Assembly: GCA_977020255.1 (NCBI GenBank)
Contig: CDROCS010000107.1
Coordinates: forward strand, 1 to 64,000
Direction: 5' to 3'
DNA: 64,000 bases
Source of the DNA: Obrimoposthia wandeli
Lineage: Eukaryota
Positions within the stretch are counted from its first letter, which is position 1; each line of letters opens with the position of its first letter. The translations under genes and the position numbers were made by a program. Under the pieces are notes generated by a model. That model did no database searches. It saw only the letters and a program-made list of their open reading frames with translations, and was not told the origin of the DNA. This document shows positions 59,951-64,000 of the stretch, one piece after another.

Positions 59951-62356
59951 ATGGCAGTTAAAATAAAATACCGTATTGTTTTTAAACAAGCGCGATTTGT
60001 GCTGATTATTTCTCTTTTACTAGGGCTTACTTTTACTTGCTTTCAGTTATATTTTGACCTGAAACAAGAAAAACAGGATTTAATTACCGGTTTAGAACGA
60101 GTGATTAACTTGCACAAAGAAACCGCGAGTCTAGTTGTTTACACTCTTAACCAAAGCCAAGCGTCCGATCTTACAAAGACACTCACCTCGCAGCCTGAAA
60201 TTTATCATGCACAACTGATTGATGATTTTGGGGAGGTGCTCGCTCAATATACTCGTCCACCTATAGCGAATAGTTACTTGGCATTTTTGGGTAATGAGCT
60301 GTTTCAAATTCCCGAGAAAGTAGAGACCTCACTGGTGATTAGTGGTGGGACGCATGGTGATGCCAAGTTAATTATATTATTAGACGGTGCCTATATATCA
60401 AGCGCTTTTGCTCAACGTGCGATGAGGAATCTGATCTTTAGTTTGCTTTACGATATGGTGCTAGTGTCAGTATTTATACTGCTATTTTATCGGTACTTGT
60501 CTCGACCTATCGTCAATATCTCGCAATGGGTAGAACGACTGCGTTCAGGGGATGATTGTGCAGAGCTTCCCTATACGGAACCTGATGAAATAGGCGATCT
60601 CGTATCGAGCTTTGCAGGCTTATGGCACGAGCGCAAAGAGGTTGCAGATCAGTTAAACGAGACCGTGAAAAATCTCTCCAAAAGTGAATATTTTTCTAGG
60701 TCATTAATGGATAACGCAGGTGATGCCATGTTTTTGTGCCTGCCAGATACCACTATTGTCCAAGTGAATAACCAAGCGGCACGTACTTTAGGAGCGCAAA
60801 AGTATGAATTGGAAGGGCAGAAAATGGCTCAATTTAGCCTCAATCATACGCAGTACAGCTTAAAAGTATTGTTTGATACATTCAAAGAAAAAACGGTTAA
60901 CGCCTTTGAAGATGAACAGCGGGGGCCCCAAGAGCGATTTTTTCCAATTGAGGCTAGAGGGATAAAACTGCGACTGTTGGATGCTGATTATATTCTGATC
61001 ATGGCGCGCGATATATCTGCTCGTAAAGAGACAGAGCAGCAAATTTATCAACTTGCCTTTTTTGATCCTCTCACTGGTTTGCCCAATCGCAGATTGTTTC
61101 TTGATAGATTAGAAACTGCAATGGCGGGTCAGTCAGTTGAGTCATCTTATGGCGCGGTTTTGTATTTAGACTTGGACCGCTTTAAAACGATTAATGATTC
61201 TCTGGGTCATGGCATAGGCGATGGCTTGCTCTGCGCTATCTCTAAGCGATTGAGTCGAATAGTTTCGACAACAAGTACTTGCTCTCGCTTTGGTGGTGAT
61301 GAGTTTGTTATTTTACTGCCCGATATTGGAGCCCAAGCTGCTTCTAGCGAAGAAGTAGTCGCCAGTATTGCCGCTAGAATACTGGCCCAAATGAGTCTTC
61401 CTTTTGAGGTAAATGGTCATACACTGTACTGTACTATCAGTATTGGAATAGCGATGTTTCCTGAGAAGAGCGCTGATGCAAAGGAAGTATTGCGCCGTGC
61501 CGATACCGCTCTTTATCAGGTAAAAGCGCGAGGTCGCAATGATTTTCAATTTTTCGATCTACAAATGCAATCTTCTGCTCAGCGGCGTTTAGAGGTCGAA
61601 AAAGGGTTACACCAAGCCTTGGATAACCAGGAGTTTGAGCTCTGGTATCAACCTCAAGTGGGGCCCGGTGGGGAGATGGTTGGTGTTGAGGTTTTACTGC
61701 GTTGGAATCATCCGGAAAAAGGGCTTTTGATGCCCGGAGATTTTATCAGTATCGCGGAAGAAAGCGGACAAATAATAGCGTTAGGTAATTGGGTGCTCGT
61801 CAACGCACTAAAGCAATTGGTGCGGTGGGTAGAGCAGGGATTACCGGATACCTTTAAGCGCTTAGCGGTGAATGTTAGTCCTATTCAGTTTATGCAGAGT
61901 GATTTTGTCGAGAATATTTTTGCGTTAATGGATGAAATGAAAGTACCTGGGAGAATGCTCGAGTTAGAAATTACCGAAAACACCTTGGTCGATAACTTCG
62001 AGATGGCCAGTAGTAAAATGAAGCGTCTAAAGCTGCGAGGTGTTTCATTTGCTATAGATGATTTCGGTACCGGCTACTCATCATTACGCTATTTGCAGCA
62101 TTTACCATTAGATATTTTAAAAGTAGATCGCTCATTCGTCACCAATCTCCGTGCGGACACTGATGAAGCGGCGATTGTCGAAGTTATTATTACCACCGCT
62201 GATCGTTTAGGTTTAACTGTTATCGCTGAAGGGGTTGAGACTGAAGAGGAATATGAGGTGCTTAAAGCGTTAGGCTGCCAGTATTATCAAGGATATTTAT
62301 ATTCCAAACCTTTACCAGCCGCGGCTCTCTACAGAGCGTGGTGTTTGGCGGCCTGA
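59951..62356 (+). CDS. Membrane HAMP-PAS-GGDEF-EAL c-di-GMP enzyme
   Basis: Two TMs, HAMP (DEIGDL), PAS, FDPLTGLPNR, RFGGDEF, EVLLRW, DDFGTGYSS. Confidence 0.94.
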   Translation: MAVKIKYRIVFKQARFVLIISLLLGLTFTCFQLYFDLKQEKQDLITGLERVINLHKETASLVVYTLNQSQASDLTKTLTSQPEIYHAQLIDDFGEVLAQYTRPPIANSYLAFLGNELFQIPEKVETSLVISGGTHGDAKLIILLDGAYISSAFAQRAMRNLIFSLLYDMVLVSVFILLFYRYLSRPIVNISQWVERLRSGDDCAELPYTEPDEIGDLVSSFAGLWHERKEVADQLNETVKNLSKSEYFSRSLMDNAGDAMFLCLPDTTIVQVNNQAARTLGAQKYELEGQKMAQFSLNHTQYSLKVLFDTFKEKTVNAFEDEQRGPQERFFPIEARGIKLRLLDADYILIMARDISARKETEQQIYQLAFFDPLTGLPNRRLFLDRLETAMAGQSVESSYGAVLYLDLDRFKTINDSLGHGIGDGLLCAISKRLSRIVSTTSTCSRFGGDEFVILLPDIGAQAASSEEVVASIAARILAQMSLPFEVNGHTLYCTISIGIAMFPEKSADAKEVLRRADTALYQVKARGRNDFQFFDLQMQSSAQRRLEVEKGLHQALDNQEFELWYQPQVGPGGEMVGVEVLLRWNHPEKGLLMPGDFISIAEESGQIIALGNWVLVNALKQLVRWVEQGLPDTFKRLAVNVSPIQFMQSDFVENIFALMDEMKVPGRMLELEITENTLVDNFEMASSKMKRLKLRGVSFAIDDFGTGYSSLRYLQHLPLDILKVDRSFVTNLRADTDEAAIVEVIITTADRLGLTVIAEGVETEEEYEVLKALGCQYYQGYLYSKPLPAAALYRAWCLAA

Positions 62357-62862
62357 GTAATAGAGGCTCCAAATGACTAGGTATTTTATCTCAGAGAGTT
62401 ACTCAGCGATTAGGGCCAAAAAAAGATACGGTCGATATCGAGTCATTTATAAACGTATTGAGAAAGCGGTTGATCATTTAAGTATTCATTCAGGCCAAAA
62501 TTATTTGATACGTATTAGTATTCAATGCAAGTAATTGCCAAGAGACCTGTGCATAACGTAGCGAACGTCGCTAAGGCAAGGAAAAAACCGTCGAAAAAGC
62601 AGAGTTTATTAAATAGTGAGTTTATAGTTATAAATGCGCATTTTTAGCTGATTATTATCGCTGAATTATCAAGTACAGTAGTTATGCTGAGATCTCACCA
62701 AGTATTTAAGTATCACGCTAGGTTATTGTCGTGATACTGAGTTAGCGGCAATGATTCAGGACTTTACTAGTAGGTTGGTTTTGAAGAATATCAGTACTCA
62801 CACTGGACGCTTTCTCTTTGTCATCAGGATGATTAAGCGCCAAGTATATGCATAGGCTCAGG

Positions 62863-64000
62863 TTAATCTGACTGCATAATCGCTTCTCTGGCACAGATAA
62901 AGGCTTGTACTGAGCGTGTAATGTCTTCTTCAGTTGTAGCCCAAGAGCAAACGCTAACACGGATAACCGGCTTGCCATTCCAGACGCCACCCCCCACCCA
63001 GCATTCACCGGAGGCTTGAATATGAGAAATGATTTTTGCGCAGTGCTCCTCTTCATCGCAACCTACCAATACTTGATTAAAGACCACATCATTCAAAATA
63101 TTGAAACCTTGATGGCGTAGTTGCCGGCTAAAGCTAACAGCCTTTTCGTGTAAGCTGTAAACCAATTCATCAACCCCGGATTGCCCTAAGTGTTTGAGTG
63201 TCGCCCAGAGTTCTACAATACGTGCGCGCCTTGACATTTCAGGGGTGTAGAGCATCCCATCGCGCTGTTCCCCATAGATAATATAGGCGCCAGATGCTTG
63301 TAAAGCATTAACCAGAGCTTCCTCATCGCTACACAAAATGACGCCACTGTCATAGGGTGTATTGAGTGTTTTGTGGCCATCGACAGAGAAAGAGTTCGCA
63401 TCCTGCATGCCTTTAGTTAAGTGTTTTAGTTTTTCACATCCAGCGGCCCACAAACCAAACGCGCCATCGATATGTACCCAAGCATTGGCCGCTTTGGCAC
63501 GTGCACATATAGTTGAAAAATCATCGAAGGCTCCGGAGTTAACATTACCTGCCTGTAGAATTAGAATAGTTTTATTATCCAATGGCGGTATTTCAGCGAT
63601 TTTGATCCGTCCTTGCTGATCACTGTCGACCCAATGAATGTTGTCGATGCCAAAGCCTAGCAGTGCGGCGGCTTTCATAACCGTGCCGTGAGCTTGTCGA
63701 CCGGCGATGATTTTTATCATAGGGGCACCGCAGAAACCCTGCTTATTAATATCCCAAGATAGATTGCTGAATATACGGTAACGCGCTGCTGCTAAGCCAC
63801 AGAGAATCGCCATGGAGGAGCCACTGACAAAACCCGCCACGACACTTTCAGGAAGGCCCAGTAGGTTGTTGAGCCAGCGCTGTGTCACGCTCTCTAATGC
63901 TGAAGCAATAGGAGATGTGGCATAAAGCGGAGTGTTCTGATCCCAAAAGTCAGAGAGCCAGCGCGCAGCGAGGGCTGTGGGAATAACACCACCATTGACT
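62863..64000 (-). CDS. Group II PLP-dependent decarboxylase (5' end outside the window)
   Basis: WVHIDGAFG, SVDGHKTLN.PYD with the PLP Lys, EMSRRAR; frame stays open to the window edge. Confidence 0.92.
   Translation of the reverse strand, partial: VNGGVIPTALAARWLSDFWDQNTPLYATSPIASALESVTQRWLNNLLGLPESVVAGFVSGSSMAILCGLAAARYRIFSNLSWDINKQGFCGAPMIKIIAGRQAHGTVMKAAALLGFGIDNIHWVDSDQQGRIKIAEIPPLDNKTILILQAGNVNSGAFDDFSTICARAKAANAWVHIDGAFGLWAAGCEKLKHLTKGMQDANSFSVDGHKTLNTPYDSGVILCSDEEALVNALQASGAYIIYGEQRDGMLYTPEMSRRARIVELWATLKHLGQSGVDELVYSLHEKAVSFSRQLRHQGFNILNDVVFNQVLVGCDEEEHCAKIISHIQASGECWVGGGVWNGKPVIRVSVCSWATTEEDITRSVQAFICAREAIMQSD

Noticed and set aside
62550-62635. GCATAAC...GTTATAA attC-like pair
   Set aside because: The putative L boxes are mis-spaced and pair poorly; probably chance in AT-rich DNA.

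Overview
AT-leaning chromosomal window from a marine-type gammaproteobacterium; the Oceanospirillales/Pseudomonadales-like RpoD and gene order are an inference. Positions ~1-8060 are a decayed integrative island next to the 3' end of tRNA-Ile2(CAU). It holds a broken P4-type tyrosine integrase, remnants of a Mu/SfV-type contractile tail module, an FkbM methyltransferase pseudogene, a DUF4062 fragment and an AraC / DUF4142 / cupredoxin module. Next come the core rpsU-yqeY-dnaG-rpoD operon and tsaD-folB-folK (no plsY), then a TRAP / FAD-oxidoreductase / racemase catabolic cluster and mutM. Two tRNA-Glu/Gly operons (9 tRNAs) have spacers with conserved hairpins. The rest includes a degenerate-GGDEF sensor, yadGH-queF, a Cu-type P1B ATPase with a MerR-type promoter, dgt-yciH, nhaD, a MocR / DapA-like / class II aldolase module, flavodoxin, HPF, SulP, yceI-cyt b-LysR, SRP RNA, a periplasmic binding protein / GGDEF-EAL pair and a truncated PLP decarboxylase. 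I found no CRISPR array and no intact defence system. All family assignments come from motif recognition by eye, not database searches.
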